A DNA stretch of 64,000 bases. It comes from an uncultured Candidatus Saccharibacteria bacterium. GTDB taxonomy: Bacteria; Patescibacteriota; Saccharimonadia; Saccharimonadales; Saccharimonadaceae. The stretch's first letter is position 1, and the number at the start of each line of letters is the position of its first letter. A program made the translations under genes and the position numbers. The DNA lies in assembly GCA_947165465.1 (NCBI GenBank), contig CAMVAM010000003.1, forward strand, positions 29,289-93,288, read 5' to 3'. Positions 1-7,769 of this stretch are shown here, one piece after another. A model generated the notes under the pieces. The model saw only the letters and a program-made list of their open reading frames with translations. It searched no databases and was not told the origin of the DNA.

Positions 1-2088
1 ATCACGAAAGTAAATATTGATAACTTTAGAAAACAGGCCAAGCGCCTTGGTTACGCTATCGACTGGGATCGCGAAATCAACACTTCCGATCCGGAATATT
101 ATAAATGGACTCAGTGGTGCTTCCTCCAGCTTTACAAAAAAGGCCTCGCCTATCAGAAGGAATCCTACCAATGGTGGTGCCCAACCGACCAAACCGTGCT
201 CGCAAATGAGCAAGTCGAAAACGGCAAGTGTTGGCGCTGCGGCTGCGAAGTCGAAAAGAAAAAGATGAAGCAGTGGTTCTTCAAAATCACCGCCTACGCT
301 GATGAACTTCTTGAAGATATCGACCATGTCGAATGGCCGGAAAAGATTAAGACCGCCCAGAAAAACTGGATTGGTCGTTCTGAAGGTGCCGAAATCACCT
401 TTAAGATTAAAGATAAGAAAGAAACTCTTACTGTCTTTACTACCCGCCCGGACACTTTGTTTGGTGCCACTTTCATGGTGATTGCTCCGGAACATCCGAT
501 TATCTCAAAACTTGTGACTAAAGATACTAAAGCCAAAGTTGAAGATTATTGCAAGAAAGCCATCAAAAAATCCGAAATCGAACGTCAAGAGAACAAAGAA
601 AAGACCGGCGTCTTTACCGGCTCTTATGCTATTAATCCGGCTACCGGCGAGCCGATTCAAATCTGGGTTGCCGACTACGTGCTCTTTGGCTATGGTACCG
701 GTGCCATTATGGCTGTACCATCCGGTGACGAACGCGACTTTGAATTCGCAACCAAATTTAAACTCCCGATTATTAAAGTTGTTGAACGCCCAGAAGGCAT
801 GGAGGATGATTCCCCATGCTATGTCGGCGAAGGTACAATGGTAAACTCCGGCCCATTCACTGGCCGTCCGTCCAGCGAAGTTCGCGAAGAAATCAACGAC
901 TGGCTCGAACAACAAGGCTTTGGTAAGAAAAAAGTCACCTACAAGATGCGTGACTGGCTGATTTCCCGCCAACGCTACTGGGGTTGCCCGATTCCAATCG
1001 CTTACGACAAAAATGGCAACCCTCATCCAATCCCAGAAGATCAACTCCCGGTAATTATCCCAGAGGTTGAGGACTATCGCCCAGATCATACTGGCCGTTC
1101 CGCTCTTGCAAAGGCCAAAGACTGGCTCAAAGTTACAATCGATGGCGAAGAAATGACTCGTGAAACCGATACACTCGATGGCTATGCCTGTTCATCATGG
1201 TATCTCTGGCGCTATGCTTCACCACATGACAGTAAGCATGCCTGGGACCCGAAAGCTATCAATTATTGGGAACCGCTCGACTATTATTGTGGTGGCGATC
1301 ACGCCGTAGCACACCTCCTCTACGTTCGTTTCTGGTGTAAATTCTTTGCTGACGAGGGCTATCTCCCATTCCGTGAGCCAATCAAACGCTTACTTTACAA
1401 TGGTTACATCAATGCCCCAGATGGCAAGAAGATGAGTAAATCCAAGGGCAATGTTATCGACCCACTCGACGTCATCAACGACGGCTATGGTGCCGACACG
1501 CTCCGTACTTACGAAATGTTCATCGGCCCGTACGACCAAGACGCTGCTTGGGATCCACGTTCTGTGGGTGGTGTTTATCGCTTCCTTAACCGCTGCTGGA
1601 ACTTAGTTTTCGATAAATCATTTAAGCCGTCCGCAAAAGGCGACACAACTGTCATCCGTCATAAGACCATCAAAAAAGTCACGGAAGACATCCATCGTTT
1701 CAGCTTCAATACTGCTGTTGCCGCTTTGATGGAATACGTCAATGAGCTCTACAAACTCGGCACCACGAAAGACGACCAAATTACGCTCGCGAAACTCTTA
1801 AAACCATTCGCACCACATCTTGCTTCCGAAATGCTCGAAAAGTTAGAAAGTGACGACGTCTGGCCAGTTTGGGATGAAAAATATCTCGCTTCTGACACTG
1901 TAGAAGTAGTTGTTCAAATCAACGGCAAACTTCGTGCTAAGCTCGTAATCGATAAGGCCGATCTTGAAGATGAAGAAAAAGTCATCGCTCTTGCAAAAGA
2001 AGATGAAAAAGTAAAGAAATATACCGAAAACGGCATCAAGAAAACCATCTTCGTAAAGAAAGCTAAACTCTTAAATATCGTTGCCTAA
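1..2088 (+). CDS. leuS: Leucyl-tRNA synthetase, 5'-truncated by the window edge
   Basis: Frame 1 is open from nt 1 (ITKVNIDNFRKQAKRLGYAIDWDREI...) and continuous with the listed 196..2088 ORF. KMSKS loop present (GKKMSKSKGNVI). Class Ia LeuRS layout. TAA stop at 2086-2088. Confidence 0.95.
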   Translation: MTKVNIDNFRKQAKRLGYAIDWDREINTSDPEYYKWTQWCFLQLYKKGLAYQKESYQWWCPTDQTVLANEQVENGKCWRCGCEVEKKKMKQWFFKITAYADELLEDIDHVEWPEKIKTAQKNWIGRSEGAEITFKIKDKKETLTVFTTRPDTLFGATFMVIAPEHPIISKLVTKDTKAKVEDYCKKAIKKSEIERQENKEKTGVFTGSYAINPATGEPIQIWVADYVLFGYGTGAIMAVPSGDERDFEFATKFKLPIIKVVERPEGMEDDSPCYVGEGTMVNSGPFTGRPSSEVREEINDWLEQQGFGKKKVTYKMRDWLISRQRYWGCPIPIAYDKNGNPHPIPEDQLPVIIPEVEDYRPDHTGRSALAKAKDWLKVTIDGEEMTRETDTLDGYACSSWYLWRYASPHDSKHAWDPKAINYWEPLDYYCGGDHAVAHLLYVRFWCKFFADEGYLPFREPIKRLLYNGYINAPDGKKMSKSKGNVIDPLDVINDGYGADTLRTYEMFIGPYDQDAAWDPRSVGGVYRFLNRCWNLVFDKSFKPSAKGDTTVIRHKTIKKVTEDIHRFSFNTAVAALMEYVNELYKLGTTKDDQITLAKLLKPFAPHLASEMLEKLESDDVWPVWDEKYLASDTVEVVVQINGKLRAKLVIDKADLEDEEKVIALAKEDEKVKKYTENGIKKTIFVKKAKLLNIVA

Positions 2089-2092
2089 TGTA

Positions 2093-2206
2093 GCAACAAA
2101 CTAAACCTTTCGGGGCCGCGTCGCTTCGGCCCGTCGCCACGGGCGAAGCGCGCTAATTCTCGCGCTGCCGCGCTCCGAAATACCCCGATAAGGTTTATTT
2201 TGTTGC
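2093..2206. terminator. GC-rich nested-hairpin element in the convergent leuS/GT4 gap; probable bidirectional terminator or structured element
   Basis: Outer arms gcaacaaactaaacctt+tcgggg (2093-2115) pair with ccccga-t-aaggtttattttgttgc (2183-2206), one mismatch. Inner hairpins are cgcttc-g-gcccgt/cgcc/acgggc-gaagcg and agcgcg/ctaattct/cgcgct. The right arm overlaps the last codons of the GT4 gene. Confidence 0.5.
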
Positions 2207-3451
2207 TTCTTTAATCACCTTATTGTATATATTCAAGAATTTATCAATTGTCTTTTCGAGATCGTGTTCTGATGCAATTTCGAGTGATGCCTTACTAAAC
2301 TTCTTCTGTAATTCGTTATCACTGAGAATCTTATAAATACTATCTGCAATTTGCGAAACATTTCCTGGTTCGCATAGGAATCCATTCTTATTCGTAATAC
2401 AGACTTCCGACACTGCGCCGGCATTCACGGCGATTAATGGCAAGCCAGTTGCGGCCGCTTCAATTAACACAATTCCCTGTGTTTCAATTTCGCTTGCAGT
2501 CGCGAACACATCACCCACTCGATATAGTTCATAAAGATCCGGTTGTAACACACGCCCAAGAATCCTCACCGAGTCGTTAATACCGAGTTTCTTAACTACT
2601 TGCTCGATTCTTAAACGGTCCACACCGTCACCCACCACCACGAGCTGAGCTTCTGGCAACTTTTCTAACACCTTTGAGAAAGCGTCCACTACAAGCCCAA
2701 CTTTCTTCTCTGGGTCCATTCTTCCAACATAAACTGCCGTTGGCACATTCTTTTTAATCTTATACTTCTCATAAACCTCATCCGATGCTCTACCTGGCTT
2801 AAAATTCGATAAATCCACGCCGTTCGAAACTGCCGCAACCGGCACCTTAAACTCCTTTTTCTTGGATAAAATTAAATTCTGAATCGCCTGCTCAGTCGGC
2901 ATCGTCACAAAGTCGCTCTTCGTCTGACGATTATAAAAATACGACGACAAAATCGCATCCACCGGTTTTTTAATTAACTTAGGCATATGTAATGGTTCAG
3001 TAAAGACCTCTGGCTGGTTATGCTCAGTGGTTACCACTGGCACATGGTTCTTTCTCGCAGTCGAGACCACCGAAAGTCCAATTGGGTCAGAAACTTGCAC
3101 GTGCACCACGTCCGGCTTAAAGTCTTTAAAAATCTTTTTTACTTGTCGATACGGGAAAACCGAAATCTTAATACTGTGTTTATAAAACACGTGCGGCATT
3201 TCTTTGCCGAGAAACTTCTTCTTTTTTGGCACATCGTGAATCTGGTCCGGGTAAATCTTCGCTGAAACCGATTTCAAGCGACATTCTTTTACGCCGTCTA
3301 CAGTTTTTACGTAATTCTTGCCAGTCTGACTCGGCGTAATTACTGCCACTTCGTGACCACGCTTCACTAAACCCGTTGCAAGGTTATGTGAGAAAACCGC
3401 CACACCATTTACCATCGGATAGTAGACGGCGGTAGCGATTAAAATTCTCAT
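2195..3451 (-). CDS. Glycosyltransferase, GT4 family (Glycos_transf_1 fold)
   Basis: 418-aa ORF. N-terminal MRILIATAVYYPMVNGVAVF...GHEV and C-terminal E-x7-E-like region (ETQGIVLIEAAATGLPLIA) are typical of GT-B retaining transferases. Confidence 0.8.
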   Translation of the reverse strand: MRILIATAVYYPMVNGVAVFSHNLATGLVKRGHEVAVITPSQTGKNYVKTVDGVKECRLKSVSAKIYPDQIHDVPKKKKFLGKEMPHVFYKHSIKISVFPYRQVKKIFKDFKPDVVHVQVSDPIGLSVVSTARKNHVPVVTTEHNQPEVFTEPLHMPKLIKKPVDAILSSYFYNRQTKSDFVTMPTEQAIQNLILSKKKEFKVPVAAVSNGVDLSNFKPGRASDEVYEKYKIKKNVPTAVYVGRMDPEKKVGLVVDAFSKVLEKLPEAQLVVVGDGVDRLRIEQVVKKLGINDSVRILGRVLQPDLYELYRVGDVFATASEIETQGIVLIEAAATGLPLIAVNAGAVSEVCITNKNGFLCEPGNVSQIADSIYKILSDNELQKKFSKASLEIASEHDLEKTIDKFLNIYNKVIKEATK

Positions 3452-4644
3452 TATAACTCCTTTGCTTTATCTAGTTGCGGATCTCGCATTGCATTAATAT
3501 CTTCATAAGTACGAGTCACTTCAATATCCGGGGTAATCCCTACACCATTAATTGAGCGTCCTTTCGGAGTTTGCCATTCGGCAATCGTAACTTTAAGCGT
3601 GCCACCATCGGAAAGATTATAAAGCCCTTGCACGACACCCTTACCATAGGTCTTTTCACCGACAATCTTTGCAATGCCATAATCTTGGAGGGCACCGGCC
3701 ACTATTTCTGCTGCTGAAGCTGTCGAGCCATTCACAAGCACTACCGTATTCATATTCCTTAGAATTGCTCTACCGGAAGTCGTCTTCGATTCGGTATCGC
3801 CATAGTGTTTGGACTTTTGTTGCACCACGGTTTGGTTGTCAATCCAAAGTGCGAGTAAGTCTTGTGCCGCTGACACATAACCACCACCATTGTTACGAAG
3901 ATCGAGAATCACCTTTGATACATTTTTGCTGGCAAATTCTTTTGCCATCTCTTGAACTTTCTTGCCGGTATCCTCATCAAATCTCGTAATGTGGACAATC
4001 GCGGTCGTACCGTCATATTCTACATAGGCAGACACGTTATTAATCTTCTCGCGAACCAAATTGAAAGTGATTTCTTTGCCGTTTCTTACTACCGTCACTT
4101 CAACATTTGTACCAGTTTCGCCACGGACCTTCACTGCAACTTCATCAGCCGTAAGTGCCCAGACCTCTTCGCCATCTATCTTAAAGATGATATCACCAGC
4201 CAGAATGCCCGCTCTTAAAGCTGGGTTATCTGGAAGCGTACGAAGTACCCTGACATAGCCATCGCGAACACCCACCTCAACGCCAATACCGGAACCAACG
4301 TTACCATGAAGATCATCATAGAAATCCGAGCTTCTTTCAGCATTCATATAAGCGGTATACTCATCACCGAGTGCTTCAACCATACCCTTCTTAGCGCCAT
4401 CAAGAATATCACTCTTTTTGATTTCACCATTATAAGACGTCGTCAGTTGATTATAAACCTCATTTAGTGGAGTCCAATCCATATCCGAAGTCTTGCGATT
4501 GGTAAGACCGAGCAGTGGTGCAAATTGGTTAAACCAAGTATCATAATTCATCCCGACAAAAACACCGAGTACCGCCATTACGGCACCAATAATAATAGCG
4601 TTTCCAAGACTAGTCTTTTTTTCTCTCCACTCCACTTTTTTCAT
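3451..4644 (-). CDS. S41 carboxyl-terminal processing protease (Ctp) with PDZ domain, N-terminal membrane anchor
   Basis: PDZ-like segment GIGVEVG...LRAGILAGDIIFKIDGEEV. Catalytic-region motifs NGSTASAAEIVAGAL and GEKTYGKG. Confidence 0.85.
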   Translation of the reverse strand: MKKVEWREKKTSLGNAIIIGAVMAVLGVFVGMNYDTWFNQFAPLLGLTNRKTSDMDWTPLNEVYNQLTTSYNGEIKKSDILDGAKKGMVEALGDEYTAYMNAERSSDFYDDLHGNVGSGIGVEVGVRDGYVRVLRTLPDNPALRAGILAGDIIFKIDGEEVWALTADEVAVKVRGETGTNVEVTVVRNGKEITFNLVREKINNVSAYVEYDGTTAIVHITRFDEDTGKKVQEMAKEFASKNVSKVILDLRNNGGGYVSAAQDLLALWIDNQTVVQQKSKHYGDTESKTTSGRAILRNMNTVVLVNGSTASAAEIVAGALQDYGIAKIVGEKTYGKGVVQGLYNLSDGGTLKVTIAEWQTPKGRSINGVGITPDIEVTRTYEDINAMRDPQLDKAKEL

Positions 4645-4650
4645 TACTCA

Positions 4651-4659
4651 ATTATAGCA
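4651..4659 (-). promoter_or_regulatory. Extended -10 box (TGCTATAAT), 6 nt upstream of the ctp ATG (4644); leaderless-type promoter
   Basis: The minus strand reads TGCTATAAT-TGAGTA-ATG. Confidence 0.55.
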
Positions 4660-4678
4660 CAGCCAGTTTAAAATAGCA

Positions 4679-5878
4679 TTAACGAACGTGAATATAGTTG
4701 TATTTTCTAGCTTCCGAAGCAGACAAGGTTTGGGCACCGAAATCGCCCACGTGGTATGAGCCAGTCAGTTTACCGGTAGACCACCAGTTGTTGTATTCGG
4801 TGATATTAACGGAACCATCAGAGTTTACGCTTTCAACCCAGAACACGTGGCCGGTGCCAGCATCGCCTGGGTTACCGCTCTGGCCAATTGAACCAGCTGA
4901 TGGGCTACGGTCAACTCTAAATCCAGCATTTCTTGCACTTTGCGCCCAGCTCTTAGCATTTCCCCACCAAGCAATCGCTACGTTACCACCAGTCGCTTCG
5001 TAAGCTTTCCAACCAGCATAGCTCGTACATTCACAAACATAACCACCGATATATTGACCACCATACATTGTATAGTACTGATCCATTTGCGATGGACAGT
5101 TGGCTTGCCATGGATAAGTATTGGCACCAGAATAAACCTGACCTTGACCGAACATTTCTGGGTGCTCACGCTGATACTTTTCCTCTGCCGCGAGTTTTTC
5201 TTGAAGTGCTCTCTTGGCCTGTTCCTCGTAAGCCGCCGCATCGTTTTCGTACTTAATCACAAGTCTTTGCTGCTCAGCTCTTGCAGCTACAAGTTGAGTC
5301 TTTGACGCTTGTTGCTGCGCCAAAAGTTGCTCGACTCTTGCCTTGTCTTCTTCAAGTTTAGCTTTTTCGGCTTTAATCTTTTCCGCCGTGGCAGTGATTT
5401 GCTGTTTCACCACTTCATTTCTTGCCATTCTTTCAGAAAGATCCGAAATCGAGCTAGCACCGGCGAGAATCGTAATCGGCTCCGCATCGCTTTCAAAATG
5501 CATATTAATGAGAAGCTCTGCAAGTGCATTTTGTTCATCAGCGAGGCGTTTCTCAGTCTTCTTAATTTGTTCTTTCAAATCTTCAACCTGCGCAGTAGTA
5601 TCAGCAATCTGACGTTGCATCGCTGCAATCTGCGAATTAAGCTCCATCACCTTAAGTTGGAACATATTTGCCGTATTGCTAGCGTTTGCTGCATTTTTAT
5701 TAGCCTGTTCCTCACGCTCTGCCGCAGCACGACATTCCGGACTTTTACTACAAGCAAGAGAAATCGCTTCTGCCTCTTTTACCATCACAAAATCAACTAC
5801 AACAGGCGTCGCACAGATAACAGTAACAATAATGCCCAGAAGAATTTTTGTGATTTTTGTTTTAGAGATAGTTCTCAT
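4679..5878 (-). CDS. Secreted coiled-coil + C-terminal CHAP-domain peptidoglycan hydrolase (PcsB/CwlO-like architecture)
   Basis: N-terminal TM/signal segment, about 200 aa of heptad-like Q/E/A/K-rich sequence, then a CHAP region (CECTSYAGWKAYE...GHVFWVESVN). Lies immediately downstream of ftsEX. Confidence 0.8.
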   Translation of the reverse strand: MRTISKTKITKILLGIIVTVICATPVVVDFVMVKEAEAISLACSKSPECRAAAEREEQANKNAANASNTANMFQLKVMELNSQIAAMQRQIADTTAQVEDLKEQIKKTEKRLADEQNALAELLINMHFESDAEPITILAGASSISDLSERMARNEVVKQQITATAEKIKAEKAKLEEDKARVEQLLAQQQASKTQLVAARAEQQRLVIKYENDAAAYEEQAKRALQEKLAAEEKYQREHPEMFGQGQVYSGANTYPWQANCPSQMDQYYTMYGGQYIGGYVCECTSYAGWKAYEATGGNVAIAWWGNAKSWAQSARNAGFRVDRSPSAGSIGQSGNPGDAGTGHVFWVESVNSDGSVNITEYNNWWSTGKLTGSYHVGDFGAQTLSASEARKYNYIHVR

Positions 5879-5884
5879 GCTTAT

Positions 5885-5893
5885 ATTATAGCA
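5885..5893 (-). promoter_or_regulatory. Extended -10 box (TGCTATAAT), 6 nt upstream of the CHAP-hydrolase ATG (5878)
   Basis: The minus strand reads TGCTATAAT-ATAAGC-ATG, inside the 21-nt ftsX/hydrolase gap. Confidence 0.55.
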
Positions 5894-5899
5894 TAAGCG

Positions 5900-6958
5900 T
5901 CAAGCTTTGTGAAGATATCTTGACACTGCAAGACGAGATGAAACACGGCCAATAATGATACCAATACCGATGAAAATCAGGAACATAATAATTAACTTAT
6001 TTGATTGGAGTAATCCAACGATTTCATCAACATTAATACCATATCCAGACAGTCTCGGAGCAAGCCACATGAAGCCAAAGTAGCTGACCGATGCCGCAAC
6101 GATACCGGCAAGCACGCCACAAAGCTCTGCCTCGACTAAAAATGGTCCGCGGATGAATCTTTTGTCTGCGCCAACTAATTTCATCATGTAAATCTCCTCA
6201 CGACGTGAGAAAATCGCCATACGAATCGTACTAAAGATAATCAGAATCGAAATCACGAGGAATACTGCCGCGAGGATAATACCACCGGTCCTTGCAATTC
6301 TTGCCCAAGACGTAATTGTTGCAATCTCAACCTGGTTCACATCATAGGTTGGTTGCTTTTCGTCATCAAGATATTCGACGAAAGTTTCATCGTTCTCAAC
6401 AATTCCCTTAATACTATCAAGATTATCTACGTTATAAACTTTAATACGCATCGTAGCCTGCATCTTCGAAATCATTAGTGCTTTCATTTCATCATCAAGC
6501 ACATTAATAATCTCATCACTACCGGCATTCTCAGTCAAAAACTTCTCGTACTCCTCCGCCGAATCCGAAGTGACAACACTCTTCGTATTGCTATCCGCCG
6601 AAATCGTCTCAGTCATCTGATCCAAGATTTCACGCGTGGTTGTCGGTTTGAAATAAATCGTAATGTCAATCTTGTCGCGCATCATATCGGCAGTGTTAGT
6701 TAGAATCACACTCGCAACCACCGTCACAAACAAAATGATGAGCGTAATCGACATCACGACTGTAGCAGCCGATGAAAGCCAGAAGTTTCTCGCAAAACCC
6801 TTTGTACCATACTTAATAATGCGACCTTCCTCACGAAGCGGATGATGCTTCCTGGTTCTTCGCATAGTCCTTAGACCAGACTTCGCAGCCTTCTTTAAAG
6901 TCTTTGGGTCTTCAACTTTTATTTCTTCTTCTTTTTTCTTGTTCTTTTTACCCACCAT
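5900..6958 (-). CDS. ftsX: Cell-division ABC transporter permease FtsX
   Basis: Four-TM FtsX topology with a large first extracytoplasmic loop. TAATG start/stop overlap with ftsE. Lys-rich N-terminal extension. Confidence 0.85.
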   Translation of the reverse strand: MVGKKNKKKEEEIKVEDPKTLKKAAKSGLRTMRRTRKHHPLREEGRIIKYGTKGFARNFWLSSAATVVMSITLIILFVTVVASVILTNTADMMRDKIDITIYFKPTTTREILDQMTETISADSNTKSVVTSDSAEEYEKFLTENAGSDEIINVLDDEMKALMISKMQATMRIKVYNVDNLDSIKGIVENDETFVEYLDDEKQPTYDVNQVEIATITSWARIARTGGIILAAVFLVISILIIFSTIRMAIFSRREEIYMMKLVGADKRFIRGPFLVEAELCGVLAGIVAASVSYFGFMWLAPRLSGYGINVDEIVGLLQSNKLIIMFLIFIGIGIIIGRVSSRLAVSRYLHKA

Positions 6959-7731
6959 TATTGAATCACCCTTCTAGGTCTTTGTTTTAAAGCATGGCCT
7001 GGAGCTTGCATCATATTCCTCACCAGCTTCGGTTGCGGAGTTTCATCAAGCTTATAAATACCACCGTTCTTCTGATCATTTACAATCTTGCCATCTTTCA
7101 TCGTCACGACACGCTTTTGGAGCGTGTTTACAATATTCTCGTTGTGTGTAGTCACTAGAATGGTCGTGCCGAAATCATTAATCTTCTTTAGAAGGCGAAT
7201 AATTTCACCAGTCGTAAGGAAATCGAGGTTTGCGGTCGGCTCGTCTGCAATAAGAATCTTCGGTTGCCTTGCTACGGAACGCGCAATACCTACACGCTGC
7301 CTCTGACCACCAGAAAGCTGATCCGGGAACTTCTTCGCTTGGTCAGAAAGATCTACAAGCTCAAGGACCTTCGGCACCGTCTTACGAATCTCTTTACCAC
7401 TCATGCCAGCAATCTCAAGCGCAAATGCTACGTTTTCATAAACAGTTCGCCTCGGCAAAAGTTTGAAATCCTGGAACACCACACCAAGGCGTCTTCGATA
7501 GCCCGGAATATGGCGCTTCTTTACATAATCAAGATCAATACCACCGATAATAATCTTACCTGAATCCGGCATCTCTTCCTTAGTAATCATCTTCATCAGA
7601 GTAGACTTACCGGCGCCTGACTTACCTACCAAAAACACAAATTCATTTGGCTCAATATGGAGCGAAACTGAATCTAGCGCCGGCTTTGTATCGCCGGGAT
7701 ACGTTTTTGTTACGCTATCAAGCAAAATCAT
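6958..7731 (-). CDS. ftsE: Cell-division ABC transporter ATPase FtsE
   Basis: Walker A GKSGAGKST, signature LSGGQRQRVGIARS, Walker B ILIADEPT. Confidence 0.9.
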   Translation of the reverse strand: MILLDSVTKTYPGDTKPALDSVSLHIEPNEFVFLVGKSGAGKSTLMKMITKEEMPDSGKIIIGGIDLDYVKKRHIPGYRRRLGVVFQDFKLLPRRTVYENVAFALEIAGMSGKEIRKTVPKVLELVDLSDQAKKFPDQLSGGQRQRVGIARSVARQPKILIADEPTANLDFLTTGEIIRLLKKINDFGTTILVTTHNENIVNTLQKRVVTMKDGKIVNDQKNGGIYKLDETPQPKLVRNMMQAPGHALKQRPRRVIQ

Positions 7732-7737
7732 AACTTG

Positions 7738-7766
7738 ATATTAACATAAACGATTTAATTTTTCAA
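7738..7766 (-). promoter_or_regulatory. Sigma70-type promoter TTGAAA-17-TAATAT; the -10 ends 6 nt before the ftsE ATG
   Basis: The minus strand reads TTGAAA aattaaatcgtttatgt TAATAT caagtt ATG. Confidence 0.6.
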
Positions 7767-7769
7767 CTT

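Noticed and set aside
505-1089. Long antisense or alternative-frame ORFs in the six-frame track. Examples: 505..1089, 5309..5896, 9409..10068, 12305..12691, 30814..31455, 32736..33326, 44739..45335, 58305..58754, 60761..61084.
   Set aside because: Each lies entirely inside a well-supported gene on the opposite strand or in another frame. They have low-complexity or skewed composition and no start signals, so they are shadow ORFs.
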